A stretch of DNA of 64,000 nt, taken from NCBI RefSeq assembly GCF_009914755.1, contig NC_060931.1; one strand, written 5' to 3'. This DNA comes from the human T2T-CHM13v2.0 reference genome, Homo sapiens. The notes under the pieces are model-generated. The model ran no database searches and had not been told where the DNA came from. It was given only the letters and a program-made list of their open reading frames with translations. Below are positions 1 through 15,000 of this stretch, one piece after another. Both the position numbers and the translations under genes were made by a program. Positions within the stretch are counted from its first letter, which is position 1; every line of letters begins with the position of its first letter.

Positions 1-3000
1 TCCATTAAATTCCCTTCCATTCCGTTACATTCCATTCCATTCTATTCCATTTCATTCCAATCCATGGCATTCCATACCATTCCATTCCATTCGTGTTGAT
101 TCCATTGCATTCTATTCCATTCCATTGCACTCGGGTTGATTCCATTCCACTCCGTACAATTCAATCCCATTCCATTTCATTCCATTCCATTCCACTCAGG
201 ATGATTACATTCCAGTCCTTTGCGTTCCATTCCTTTCCATTCCATTCCACTCCACTGGTGTGGATTCCATTCCATTCCATTCCATTCCATTCCATTCTAT
301 TCCGTTCCATTCCATTCCACTCGTATTGATTCCATTACATTCTATTCCATTCCATTTCATTCCATTCCATTCCGTTCCATTCAATTCCATTCCATTCCAC
401 TCGGATTGATTCCATTCTATTCCATTCCATTCCATTCCATTCCATTCGGGTTAATTCCATTCCATTCCATTCCATTCTACTCCATTCCTTTACATTGCAC
501 TCGCATTGATTTCACTCCCTTCCAATAAATTCCATTCCCTTCTATTCCATTCCATTCCATTCCAATACACTCCACTAGCTTTGATTCCACTCCATTCCAT
601 TGTATTCCATTCCATTCCACTCGGGTTGATACCATTTCATTCCATTGCATTCCATTCCACTCCAATCCATTCCATTCTATTCCACTAGGGTTGATTCCAT
701 TCCACTCCATTCCATTCCATTCCATTCCATCCCATTCCATTCCATTCCAGTTGATTCCGTTCCATTCCAATCCATTCCGTTTCATTCCATTCCATTCCTT
801 TCCAGTCCATTCCACTTATATTGTATCCATTCCATTCCATTGCATTCAATTCCATTTGATTCCATTCCATTCTAATCCATAACAGTGCATTCCACTCCAT
901 TCCACACGGATGGATTCCCTTCCATTCCATTCCATTCCATTCCAATCCATTCCATTCCACTTCACTCGAGTTGATACCAATGCATTTCCTCCCATTCCAT
1001 TCCATTCCATTCCATTCCATTCCACTCGGGTTGATTCCATTCCATTCCTTTCCATTCCATTCCATTCCATTCCATTCCATTCCACTCGGGTTGATTCCAT
1101 TCCATTCCTTTCCATTCCATTCCAGTTGGTTCCGTTCCATTCCATTCCATTCCATTCCATTCCATTCCATTCCATTCTATTCCGTTCCATTCCATTCCTC
1201 TCGTATTGATTCCATTCCATTCTATTCCATTCCTTTCCATTCCATTCCATTTCATTCCACTCGGATTGATTCCATTCCATTCCTTTCCATTCCATTCCAG
1301 TTGGTTCCGTTCCATTCCATTCCATTCCATTCCATTCCATTCCATTCCATTCCATTCTATTCCTTTCCATTCCATTCCACTCGTATTGTTTCCATTCCAT
1401 TCTATTCCATTCCTTTCCATTCCATTCCATTTCATTCCACTCGGGTTGATTCCATTCCATTCCTTTCCATTCCATTCCATTCCATTCTACTCGGGTTGAT
1501 TCCTTTCCATTCCATTCCATTCCACTCCATTCCATTCCACTTGGTTTGCTTCCATTTCCTTCCATTCCATTCCATTCCTTACCATTCCACTTCATTCCAT
1601 TCCATTCCTTTCCACTCGGATGGATTCCACTCCATTCCATTAAATTCCATTCCATTCCATTCCATTTCATTCCATTCCAATCAATTCCACTTGCATTGAA
1701 TCCATTCCTTTCCATTCCATTCCATTCCACTCCATTCCACTCGTGATGATTCCATTCCATTCCATTACATTCCATTCCGTTGCATTGCACTCCACGTCAA
1801 TCCATTCAATTCAAGTTGATTCCGTTCCATTCCTATCCCCTCAGGTTGATTCCATTCCATTCTATTCCATTCCATTCCATTCCATTCTACTTGTGTTGAT
1901 TCAATTCCATTCCCTTCCATTCCCTTATATTCCATTCTATTCCATTCCATTTCATTCCTCTCCATTCCATTCGTGTTGATTCCATTCCATTCCATTCCAT
2001 TCCATTCTATTCCGTTCCATTCCATTCCACTCGTATTGATTACATTCCATTCTATTCCATTCCATTCCATTCCATTCCATTCCATTCCATTCCATTCCAT
2101 TGCACCCGGGTTGATTCCATTCCATTCCATTGCATTTGATTCCATTTCATTCAATTCAGGTTGATTCCATAACATTCCATTCTATTCCATTCCTTTCCAT
2201 TCCATTCCACACCATTCTATTGCATTCCATTCCATGCCATTCCTCTCGTATCTCTTTGATTCCATTCCATTCCATTCCATTCTCTTCCATTCCACTCGGG
2301 TTGATTCCATTCCATTCCATTCCGTTCCATTCCATTCCATTCGGGTTAATTCCATTCCATTCCATTCCATTCTACTCCATTCCATTCCATTCCACTCGGA
2401 TTGATTTCACGGCATTCCAATCCATTCCATTCCCTTCTATTCCATTCCATTCCATTCCAATCCACTCCACTACCTTTGATTCCATTCCATTCCATTGCTT
2501 TCCATTGCATTGCATTCCATTCCATTCCATTCCATTTCACTCGTGTTGATTCCATTCCATTCCCTTCCATTCCATTCCATTCGATTCCACTCGTGTTGAT
2601 TCCATTCCATTCCCTTCCATTCCATTCCATTCCATGCCATTCCATTCCGTTCCATTCCAGTCCATGCCAATCCATACCATTCCATTACACTCTGGTTCAT
2701 GCCATTCCATTCCATTTCATTCCTCTCCCTTCCATTCCACTCGCGTTGCAACTTAGGTCGATTCCATTGCATTGGATTCCATTCCATTCCATTCCATTGC
2801 ACTCGGGTTGATTCCATTCCATTCCATTCCACTCCATTCCATTCCATTCCATTCCATTTCATTCCTTTCCATTCCATTCGGGTTGATTCCATTGCGTTGC
2901 ATTCCATTCCATTCCTTTCCGTTGCATTCCATTCAATTCAATTCCATTCCTATCCATTCCATTACACTCCACTCGCTTTGATTCCATTCCATTCCATTCC

Positions 3001-6000
3001 ATTCTGTTCCATTCCTTTCCATTCCATTGTAGTTGGTTCCGTTCCATTCCATTCCATTCCATTCCATTCCACTGATCACGGGTGTATTCTATTCCATTCC
3101 ATTACATTACATTACATTTATTTCCATTCTGATTGATTTCATTTTATTCATTGCATTCCATTCCATTCCATTCCATTCCATTGCACGTGGGTTGATTCCA
3201 TTAAATTCCCTTCCATTCCGTTACATTCCATTCCATTCTATTCCATTTCATTCCAATCCATGGCATTCCATACCATTCCATTCCATTCGTGTTGATTCCA
3301 TTGCATTCTATTCCATTCCATTGCACTCGGGTTGATTCCATTCCACTCCGTACAATTCAATCCCATTCCATTTCATTCCATTCCATTCCACTCAGGATGA
3401 TTACATTCCAGTCCATTGCGTTCCATTCCTTTCCATTCCATTCCACTCCACTGGTGTGGATTCCATTCCATTCCATTCCATTCCATTCCATTCCATTCTA
3501 TTCCGTTCCATTCCATTCCACTCGTATTGATTCCATTACATTCTATTCCATTCCATTTCATTCCATTCCATTCCGTTCCATTCAATTCCATTCCATTCCA
3601 CTCGGATTGATTCCATTCTATTCCATTCCATTCCATTCCATTCCATTCGGGTTAATTCCATTCCATTCCATTCCATTCTACTCCATTCCTTTACATTGCA
3701 CTCGCATTGATTTCACTCCCTTCCAATAAATTCCATTCCCTTCTATTCCATTCCATTCCATTCCAATACACTCCACTAGCTTTGATTCCACTCCATTCCA
3801 TTGTATTCCATTCCATTCCACTCGGGTTGATACCATTTCATTCCATTGCATTCCATTCCACTCCAATCCATTCCATTCTATTCCACTAGGGTTGATTCCA
3901 TTCCACTCCATTCCATTCCATTCCATTCCATCCCATTCCATTCCATTCCAGTTGATTCCGTTCCATTCCAATCCATTCCGTTTCATTCCATTCCATTCCT
4001 TTCCAGTCCATTCCACTTATATTGTATCCATTCCATTCCATTGCATTCAATTCCATTTGATTCCATTCCATTCTAATCCATAACAGTGCATTCCACTCCA
4101 TTCCACACGGATGGATTCCCTTCCATTCCATTCCATTCCATTCCAATCCATTCCATTCCACTTCACTCGAGTTGATACCAATGCATTTCCTCCCATTCCA
4201 TTCCATTCCATTCCATTCCATTCCATTCCACTCGGGTTGATTCCATTCCATTCCTTTCCATTCCATTCCATTCCATTCCATTCCACTCGGGTTGATTCCA
4301 TTCCATTCCTTTCCATTCCATTCCAGTTGGTTCCGTTCCATTCCATTCCATTCCATTCCATTCCATTCCATTCTATTCCGTTCCATTCCATTCCACTCGT
4401 ATTGATTCCATTCCATTCTATTCCATTCCTTTCCATTCCATTCCATTTCATTCCAGTCGGGTTGATTCCATTCCATTCCTTTCCATTCCATTCCAGTTGG
4501 TTCCGTTCCATTCCATTCCATTCCATTCCATTCTATTCCGTTCCATTCCATTCCACTCGTATTGTTTCCATTCCATTCTATTCCATTCCTTTCCATTCCA
4601 TTCCATTTCATTCCACTCGGGTTGATTCCATTCCATTCCTTTCCATTCCATTCCATTCCATTCTACTCGGGTTGATTCCTTTCCATTCCATTCCATTCCA
4701 CTCCATTCCATTCCACTTGGGTTGCTTCCATTTCCTTCCATTCCATTCCATTCCTTACCATTCCACTTCATTCCATTCCATTCCCTTCCACTCGGATGGA
4801 TTCCACTCCATTCCATTAAATTCCATTCCATTCCATTCCATTTCATTCCATTCCAATCAATTCCACTTGCATTGAATCCATTCCTTTCCATTCCATTCCA
4901 TTCCACTCCATTCCTCTCGGGATGATTCCATTCCATTCCATTACATTCCATTCCGTTCCATTGGACTCCATTTCAATCCATTCAATTCCATTTGATTCCA
5001 TTCCATTCCATTCCATTCAATTCCATTCCATTCCTATCCCCTCAGGTTGATTCCATTCCGTTTATTCCATTCCGTTCCATTCCATTCCATTCCATTCCAT
5101 TCCATTCTACTTGGGTTTATTCCATTCCATTCCCTTCCATTCCCTTATATTCCATTCCATTCCATTCCATTTCATTCCTTTCCATTCCATTCGGGCTGAT
5201 TCCTTTGCATTCCATTCCATTCCATTCCTTTCCGTTGTATTCTATTCAAAGCAATTCCATTTCTATCCATTCCATTACACTCCTCTCACTTTGATTCCAT
5301 TCTATTCCATTCCATTCCATTCTGTTCCATTCCTTTCCTTTGCATTCCAGTTGGTTCCATTCCTTTTCATTCCATTCCATTCCATTCTATTCCGTTCCAT
5401 TCCATTCAACTCATATTGATTCCATTCTATTCTATTCCATTCCATTCTATTCCATTCCATCCCATTTCATTCCGTTACGTTTCATTCCATTCCATTCCAC
5501 TCGGATTGATTCCATTCCATTCCATTCCATTCCATTCCATTCCATTCCATTCCATTCCACTCAGGTTGATTCCATTCCATTCCATTCCATTCTGTCCCAT
5601 TCCATTCCATTCTATTACATTCCATTCTATTCCATTCCATTCCATTCCATTTCATGCCATTCCATTCCACTCATGTTGATTCCATTCCACTGCATTCCAT
5701 TGCATTCCATTCCAATCCATTCCAATCCATTCCATTACACTCGGGTTGATTCCATTTCATTCCATTCCATTCCATTCCATTCCCACTGTGTTGACTCCAT
5801 TCCATTCCATTCCATTGCATTCCATTATGGTTGATCAATTCCATTGCATTCAACTCCATCCATTCCATTCCATTCCACTCGTGTTGATTCCATTCCATTC
5901 CATTCCATTCCATTCCATTCCATTACTCTCAGGTTGATTCCATTCCACTACATTCCATTCCATTCCGTTCCTTTTGGGTTAATTCCTCACCGTTCTATAC

Positions 6001-9000
6001 CATTCCATTCCATGCCATTCCACTCCAATCTCTTTGAGTCCATTCCATTCCATTCCATTCCATTCCATTCCACTCGGGTTGATTCCTTTCCATTCCATTC
6101 CATGCCATTCCATTCCATTCCATTCCATGCCATTCCATTCCATTCCATTCCATTCCATTACATTCCATTCCATTCCTGTCACGTTTTTTCCATGCCATTC
6201 CATTCCATTCCTTTCCATTCCATTACAGTTGATTCTATTCCATTCCATTCCATTCCATTCCACTCCATTCCATTCCACTTGGGGTGCTTCCATTTCATTC
6301 CATTCCATTCCTTACCATTGCACTTCATTCCATTCCATTCCATTCCACTCGGATGGATTCCACTCCATTCCATTCCATTCCAGTCAATTCCACTTGCATT
6401 GAATCCATTCCTTTCCATTCCATTCCATTCCACTGCATTCCACTCGTGATGATTCCATTCCATTCCATTACATGCCATTCCGTTCCATGCCATTCCATTC
6501 CGTTCCATTCCAGTCCATGCCAATCCATACCATTCCATTACACTCTGGTTCATGCCATTCCATTCCATTTCATTCCTCTCCCTTCCATTCCACTCGCGTT
6601 GCAACTTAGGTCGATTCCATTGCATTGGATTCCATTCCATTCCATTCCATTGCACTCGGGTTGATTCCATTCCATTCCATTCCACTCCATTCCATTCCAT
6701 TCCATTCCATTTCATTCCTTTCCATTCCATTCGGGTTGATTCCATTGCGTTGCATTCCATTCCATTCCTTTCCGTTGCATTCCATTCAATTCAATTCCAT
6801 TCCTATCCATTCCATTACACTCCACTCGCTTTGATTCCATTCCATTCCATTCCATTTGTTCCATTCCTTTTCATTCCATTGTAGTTGGTTGCGTTCCATT
6901 CCATTCCATTCCATTCCATTCCACTGATCACGGGTGTATTCTATTCCATTCCATTACATTACATTACATTTATTTCCATTCGGATTGATTTCATTTTATT
7001 CATTGCATTCCATTCCATTCCATTCCATTCCATTGCACGTGGGTTGATTCCATTAAATTCCCTTCCATTCCGTTACATTCCATTCCATTCTATTCCATTT
7101 CATTCCAATCCATGGCATTCCATACCATTCCATTCCATTCGTGTTGATTCCATTGCATTCTATTCCATTCCATTGCACTCGGGTTGATTCCATTCCACTC
7201 CGTACAATTCAATCCCATTCCATTTCATTCCATTCCATTCCACTCAGGATGATTACATTCCAGTCCATTGCGTTCCATTCCTTCCCATTCCATTCCACTC
7301 CACTGGTGTGGATTCCATTCCATTCCATTCCATTCCATTCCATTCCATTCTATTCCGTTCCATTCCATTCCACTCGTATTGATTCCATTACATTCTATTC
7401 CATTCCATTTCATTCCATTCCATTCCGTTCCATTCAATTCCATTCCATTCCACTCGGATTGATTCCATTCTATTCCATTCCATTCCATTCCATTCCATTC
7501 GGGTTAATTCCATTCCATTCCATTCCATTCTACTCCATTCCTTTACATTACACTCGCATTGATTTCACTCCCTTCCAATAAATTCCATTCCCTTCTATTC
7601 CATTCCATTCCATTCCAATACACTCCACTTGCTTTGATTCCACTCCATTCCATTGTATTCCATTCCATTCCACTCGGGTTGATACCATTTCATTCCATTG
7701 CATTCCATTCCACTCCAATCCATTCCATTCTATTCCACTAGGGTTGATTCCATTCCACTCCATTCCATTCCATTCCATTCCATCCCATTCCATTCCATTC
7801 TAGTTGATTCCGTTCCATTCCAATCCATTCCGTTTCATTCCATTCCATTCCTTTACAGTCCATTCCACTTATATTGTATCCATTCCATTCCATTGCATTC
7901 AATTCCATTTGATTCCATTCCATTCTAATCCATAACAGTGCATTCCACTCCATTCCACACGGATGGATTCCCTTCCATTCCATTCCATTCCATTCCAATC
8001 CATTCCATTCCACTTCACTCGAGTTGATACCAATGCATTTCCTCCCATTCCATTCCATTCCATTCCATTCCACTCGGGTTGATTCCATTCCATTCCTTTC
8101 CATTCCATTCCATTCCATTCCATTCCACTCGGGTTGATTCCATTCCATTCCTTTCCATTCCATTCCAGTTGGTTCCGTTCCATTCCATTCCATTCCATTC
8201 CATTCCATTCCATTCCATTCCATTCCATTCCATTCTATTCCGTTCCATTCCATTCCACTCGTATTGATTCCATTCCATTCTATTCCATTCCTTTCCATTC
8301 CATTCCATTTCATTCCACTCGGGTTGATTCCATTCCATTCCTTTCCATTCCATTCCAGTTGGTTCCGTTCCATTCCATTCCATTCCATTCCATTCCATTC
8401 TATTCCGTTCCATTCCATTCCACTCGTATTGTTTCCATTCCATTCTATTCCATTCCTTTCCATTCCATTCCATTTCATTCCACTCGGGTTGATTCCATTC
8501 CATTCCTTTCCATTCCATTCCATTCCATTCTACTCGGGTTGATTCCTTTCCATTCCATTCCATTCCACTCCATTCCATTCCACTTGGGTTGCTTCCATTT
8601 CCTTCCATTCCATTCCATTCCTTACCATTCCACTTCATTCCATTCCATTCCCTTCCACTCTGATGGATTCCACTCCATTCCATTAAATTCCATTCCATTC
8701 CATTCCATTTCATTCCATTCCAATCAATTCCACTTGCATTGAATCCATTCCTTTCCATTCCATTCCATTCCACTCCATTCCACTCGGGATGATTCCATTC
8801 CATTCCATTACTTTCCGTTCCGTTCCATTGGACTCCATTTCAATCCATTCAATTCCATTTGATTCCATTCCATTCCATTCAATTCCATTCCATTCCTATC
8901 CCCTCAGGTTGATTCCATTCCGTTTATTCCATTCCGTTCCATTCCATTCCATTCCATTCCATTCCATTCCATTCCATTCCATTCTACTTGGGTTTATTCC

Positions 9001-12000
9001 ATTCCATTCCCTTCCATTCCCTTATATTCCATTCCATTTCATTCCTTTCCATTCCATTCGGGCTGATTCCTTTGCATTCCATTCCATTCCATTCCTTTCC
9101 GTTGTATTCTATTCAAAGCAATTCCATTTCTGTCCATTCCATTACACTCCTCTCACTTTGATTCCATTCTATTCCATTCCATTCCATTCTGTTCCATTCC
9201 TTTCCTTTCCATTCCAGTTGGTTCCATTCCTTTTCATTCCATTCCATTCCATTCTATTCCGTTCCATTCCATTCAACTCATATTGATTCCATTCTATTCT
9301 ATTCCATTCCATTCTATTCCATTCCATCCCATTTCATTCCGTTACGTTTCATTCCATTCCATTCCACTCGGATTGATTCCATTCCATTCCATTCCATTCC
9401 ATTCCACTCAGGTTGATTCCATTCCATTCCATTCCATTCTGTCCCATTCCATTCCATTCTATTACATTCCATTCTATTCCATTCCATTCCATTCGATTTC
9501 ATGCCATTCCATTCCACTCATGTTGATTCCATTCCACTGCATTCCATTGCATTCCGTTCCAATCCATTCCAATCCATTCCATTACACTCGGGTTAATTCC
9601 ATTTCATTCCATTCCATTCCATTCCATTCCCACTGTGTTGACTCCATTCCATTCCATTCCATTGCATTCCATTATGGTTGATCAATTCCATTGCATTCAA
9701 CTCCATCCATTCCATTCCATTCCACTCGTGTTGATTCCATTCCATTCCATTCCATTCCATTCCATTCCATTCCATTACTCTCAGGTTGATTCCATTCCAC
9801 TACATTCCATTCCATTCCGTTCCTTTCGGGTTAATTCCTCACCGTTCTATACCAATCCATTCCATGCCATTCCACTCCAATCTCTTTGAGTCCATTCCAT
9901 TCCATTCCGTTCCATTCCATTCCACTCGGGTTGATTCCTTTCCATTCCATTCCATTCCATGCCATGCCATTCCATTCCATTCCATTCCATGCCATTCCAT
10001 TCCATTCCATTCCATTCCATTCCATTCCATTCCTGTCACGTTTTTTCCATGCCATTCCATTCCATTCCTTTCCATTCCATTACAGTTGATTCTATTCCAT
10101 TCCATTCCATTCCATTCCATTCCTTTCCATTCCATTACAGTTGATTCTATTCCATTCCATTCCATTCCATTCCATTCCATTCCATGCCACTCCATTCCAT
10201 TCCACTTGGGTTGCTTCCATTTCATTCCATTCCATTCCAGTCAATTCCACTTGCATTGAATCCATTCCTTTCCATTCCATTCCATTCTACTCCATTCCAC
10301 TCGTGATGACTCCATTCCATTCCATTACATTCCATTCCGTTCCATTGCACTCCACGTCAATCCATTCAATTCAAGTTGATTCCATTCCATTGCTATCCCC
10401 TCAGGTTGATTCCATTCCATTCTATTCCATTCCATTCCATTCCATTTTACTTGTGTTGATTCAATTCCATTCCCTTCCATTCCCTTATATTCCATTCTAT
10501 TCCATTCCATTTCATTCCTCTCCATTCCATTCGTGTTGATTCCATTCCATTCCATTCCATTCCATTCTATTCCGTCCCATTCCATTCCACTCGTATTGAT
10601 TCCATTCCATTCTATTCCATTCCATTTCATTCCATTCCGTTCCGTTCCGTTCCATTCCATTCCATTCCATTCCATTCCATTGCACCCGGGTTGATTCCAT
10701 TCCATTCCATTGCATTTGATTCCATTTCATTCAATTCAGGTTGATTCCATAACATTCCATTCTATTCCATTCCTTTCCATTCCATTCCACACCATTCTAT
10801 TCCATTCCATTCCATGCCATTCCTCTCGTATCTCTTTGATTCCATTCCATTCCATTCCATTCTCTTCCATTCCACTCGGGTTGATTCCATTCCATTCCAT
10901 TCCATTCCATTCCATTCCATTCCATTCGGGTTGATTCCATTCCATTCCATTCCATTCTACTCCATTCCATTCCATTCCACTCGGATTGATTTCACGGCAT
11001 TCCAATCCATTCCATTCCCTTCTATTCCATTCCATTCCATTCCAATCCACTCCACTACCTTTGATTCCATTCCATTCCATTGCTTTCCATTCCATTCCCT
11101 TCCATTCCATTCCATTCCATTCCACTCGTGTTGATTCCATTCCATTCCCTTCCATTCCATTCCATTCCATGCCATTCCATTCCGTTCCATTCCAGTCCAT
11201 GCCAATCCATACCATTCCATTACACTCTGGTTCATGCCATTACATTCCATTTCATTCCTCTGCCTTCCATTCCACTCGCGTTGCAACTTAGGTCGATTCC
11301 ATTGCATTGGATTCCATTCCATTCCATTCCATTGCACTCGGGTTGATTCCATTCCATTCCATTCCACTCCATTCCATTCCATTCCATTCCATTTCATTCC
11401 TTTCCATTCCATTCGGGTTGATTCCATTGCGTTGCATTCCATTCCATTCCTTTCCGTTGCATTCCATTCAATTCAATTCCATTCCTATCCATTCCATTAC
11501 ACTCCACTCGCTTTGATTCCATTCCATTCCATTCCATTCTGTTCCATTCCTTTCCATTCCATTGAAGTTGGTTCCGTTCCATTCCATTCCATTCCATTCC
11601 ATTCCACTGATCACGGGTGTATTCTATTCCATTCCATTCCATTACATTACATTTATTTCCATTCGGATTGATTTCATTTTATTCATTGCATTCCATTCCA
11701 TTCCATTCCATTCCATTGCACGTGGGTTGATTCCATTAAATTCCCTTCCATTCCGTTACATTCCATTCCATTCTATTCCATTTCATTCCAATCCATGGCA
11801 TTCCATACCATTCCATTCCATTCGTGTTGATTCCATTGCATTCTATTCCATTCCATTGCACTCGGGTTGATTCCATTCCACTCCGTACAATTCAAACCCA
11901 TTCCATTTCATTCCATTCCATTCCACTCAGGATGATTACATTCCAGTCCATTGCGTTCCATTCCTTTCCATTCCATTCCACTCCACTGGTGTGGATTCCA

Positions 12001-15000
12001 TTCCATTCCATTCCATTACATTCCATTCTATTCCGTTCCATTCCATTCCACTCGTATTGATTCCATTCCATTCTATTCCATTCCATTTCATTCCATTCCA
12101 TTCCGTTCCATTCAATTCCATTCCATTCCATTCCACTCGGATTGATTCCATTCTATTCCATTCCATTCCATTTCATTCCATTCCATTCCATTCCATTCGG
12201 TTTAATTCCATTCCATTCCATTCCATTCTACTCCATTCCTTTACATTGCACTCGCATTGATTTCACTCCCTTCCAATAAATTCCATTCCTTTCTATTCCA
12301 TTCCATTCCATTCCATTCCAATACACTCCACTAGCTTTGATTCCACTCCATTCCATTTTATTCCATTCCATTCCACTCGGGTTGATACCATTTCATTCCA
12401 TTGCATTCCATTCCACTCCAATCCATTCCATTCTATTCCACTAAGGTTGATTCCATTCCACTCCATTCCATTCCATTCCATTCCATCCCATTCCATTCCA
12501 TTCCATTCCATTCCAGTTGATTCCATTCCATTCCAATCCATTCCGTTTCATTCCATTCCATACCTTTCCATTCCATTCCACTTATATTGTATCCATTCCA
12601 TTCCATTCCATTCAATTCCATTTGATTCCATTCCTTCTAATCCATAACAGTGCATTCCACTCCATTCCACACGGATGGATTCACTTCCATTCCATTCCAT
12701 TCCATTCCAATCCATTCCATTCCACTTCACTCGAGTTGATACCAATGCATTTCCTCCCATTCCATTCCATTCCATTCCATTCCATTCCAATCAGGTTGAT
12801 TCCATTCCATTCCTTTCCATTCAATTCCATTCCATTCCATTCCATTCCACTCGGGTTGATTCCATTCCATTCCTTTCCATTCCATTCCAGTTGGTTCCGT
12901 TCCATTCCATTCCATTCCATTCCATTCTATTCCGTTCCATTCCTTTCCACTCGTATTGATTCCATTCCATTCTATTCCATTCCTTTCCATTCCATTCCAT
13001 TTCATTCCACTCGGGTTGATTCCATTCCATTCCTTTCCATTCCATTCCATTCCATTCTACTCGGGTTGATTCCTTTCCATTCCATTCCATTCCACTCCAT
13101 TCCATTCCACTTGGGTTGCTTCCATTTCCTTCCATTCCATTCCATTCCTTACCATTCCACTTCATTCCATTCCATTCCCTTCCACTCGGATGGATTCCAT
13201 TCCATTCCATTCCTTTCCATTCCATTCCATTCCATTCCAATCAATTCCACTTGCATTGAATCCATTCCTTTCCATTCCATTCCATTCCACTCCATTCCAC
13301 TCGGGATGATTCCATTCCATTCCATTACATTCCGTTCCGTTCCATTGGACTCCATTTCAATCCATTCAATTCCATTTGATTCCATTCCATTCCATTCAAT
13401 TCCATTCAATTCCTATCCCCTCAGGTTGATTCCATTCCGTTTATTCCATTCCGTTCCATTTCATTCCATTCCATTCCATTCCATTCCATTCTACTTGGGT
13501 TTATTCCATTCCATTCCCTTCCATTCCCTTATATTCCGTTCCATTCCATTCCATTTCACTCCTTTCCATTCCATTCGGGCTGATTCCTTTGCATTCCATT
13601 CCATTCCATTCCTTTCCGTTGTATTCTATTCAAATCAATTCCATTTCTATCCATTCCATTACACTCCTCTCACTTTGATTCCATTCTCTTCCATTCCATT
13701 CCATTCTGTTCCATTCCTTTCCTTTCCATTCCAGTTGGTTCCATTCCTTTTCATTCCATTCCATTCCATTCTATTCCGTTCCATTCCATTCAACTCGTAT
13801 TGATTCCATTCTATTCTATTCCATTCCATTCTATTCCATTCCATCCCATTTCATTCCGTTACGTTTCATTCCATTCCATTCCACTCGGATTGATTCCATT
13901 CCATTCCATTCCATTCCATTCCATTCCATTCCATTCCACTCAGGTTGATTCCATTCCATTCCATTCCATTCTGTCCCATTCCATTCCATTCTATTCCATT
14001 CCATTCTATTCCATTCCATTCCATTCCATTTCATGCCATTCCATTCCACTCATGTTGATTCCATTCCACTGCATTCCATGGCATTCCGTTACATTCCATT
14101 CCAATCCATTCCATTACACTCGGGTTGATTCCACTTCATTCCATTCCATTCCATTCCATTCCCACTGTGTTGACTCCATTCCATTCCATTCCATTGCATT
14201 CCATTATGGTTTATCAATTCCATTGCATTCAACTCCATCCATTCCATTCCATTTCACTCGGGTTGATTCCATTCCATTCCATTCCATTCCATTCCATTCC
14301 ATTCCATTCCATTCCATTCCTTTCCATTCCAGTCGCATTGATTCCATTCCATTCCATTCCATTCCATTCCACTCGTGTTGATTCCATTCCATTCAATTCC
14401 ATTCCATTCCATTACTCTCGGGTTGATTCCATTCCACTACATTCCATTCCATTCCGTTCCTTTCGGGTTAATTCGTCACCGTTCTATACCATTCCATTCC
14501 ATACCATTCCACTCCAATCTCTTTGAGTCCATTCCATTCCATTCCGTTCCATTCCATTCCACTCGGGTTGATTCCTTTCCATTCCATTCCATTCCATTCC
14601 ATTCCATTCCATTCCATTCCATGCCATTCCATTCCATTCCATTCCATGCCATTCCATTCCATGCCATTCCATTCCATTCCATTCCATTCCATTCCATTCC
14701 ATGCCATTCCATTCCATTCCATTCCATTCCATTCCATTCCATTCCTGTCACGTTTTTTCCATGCCATTCCATTCCATTCCTTTCCATTCCATTACAGTTG
14801 ATTCTAATCCATTCCATTCCATTCCATTCCATTCCATTCCACTCCATTCCATTCCACTTGGGTTGCTTCCATTTCACTCCATTCCATTCCTTACCATTCC
14901 ACTTCATTCCATTCCATTCCATTCCACTCGGATGGATTCCACTCCATTCCATTCCATTCCAGTCAATTCCATTTGCATTGAATCCATTCCTTTCCATTCC

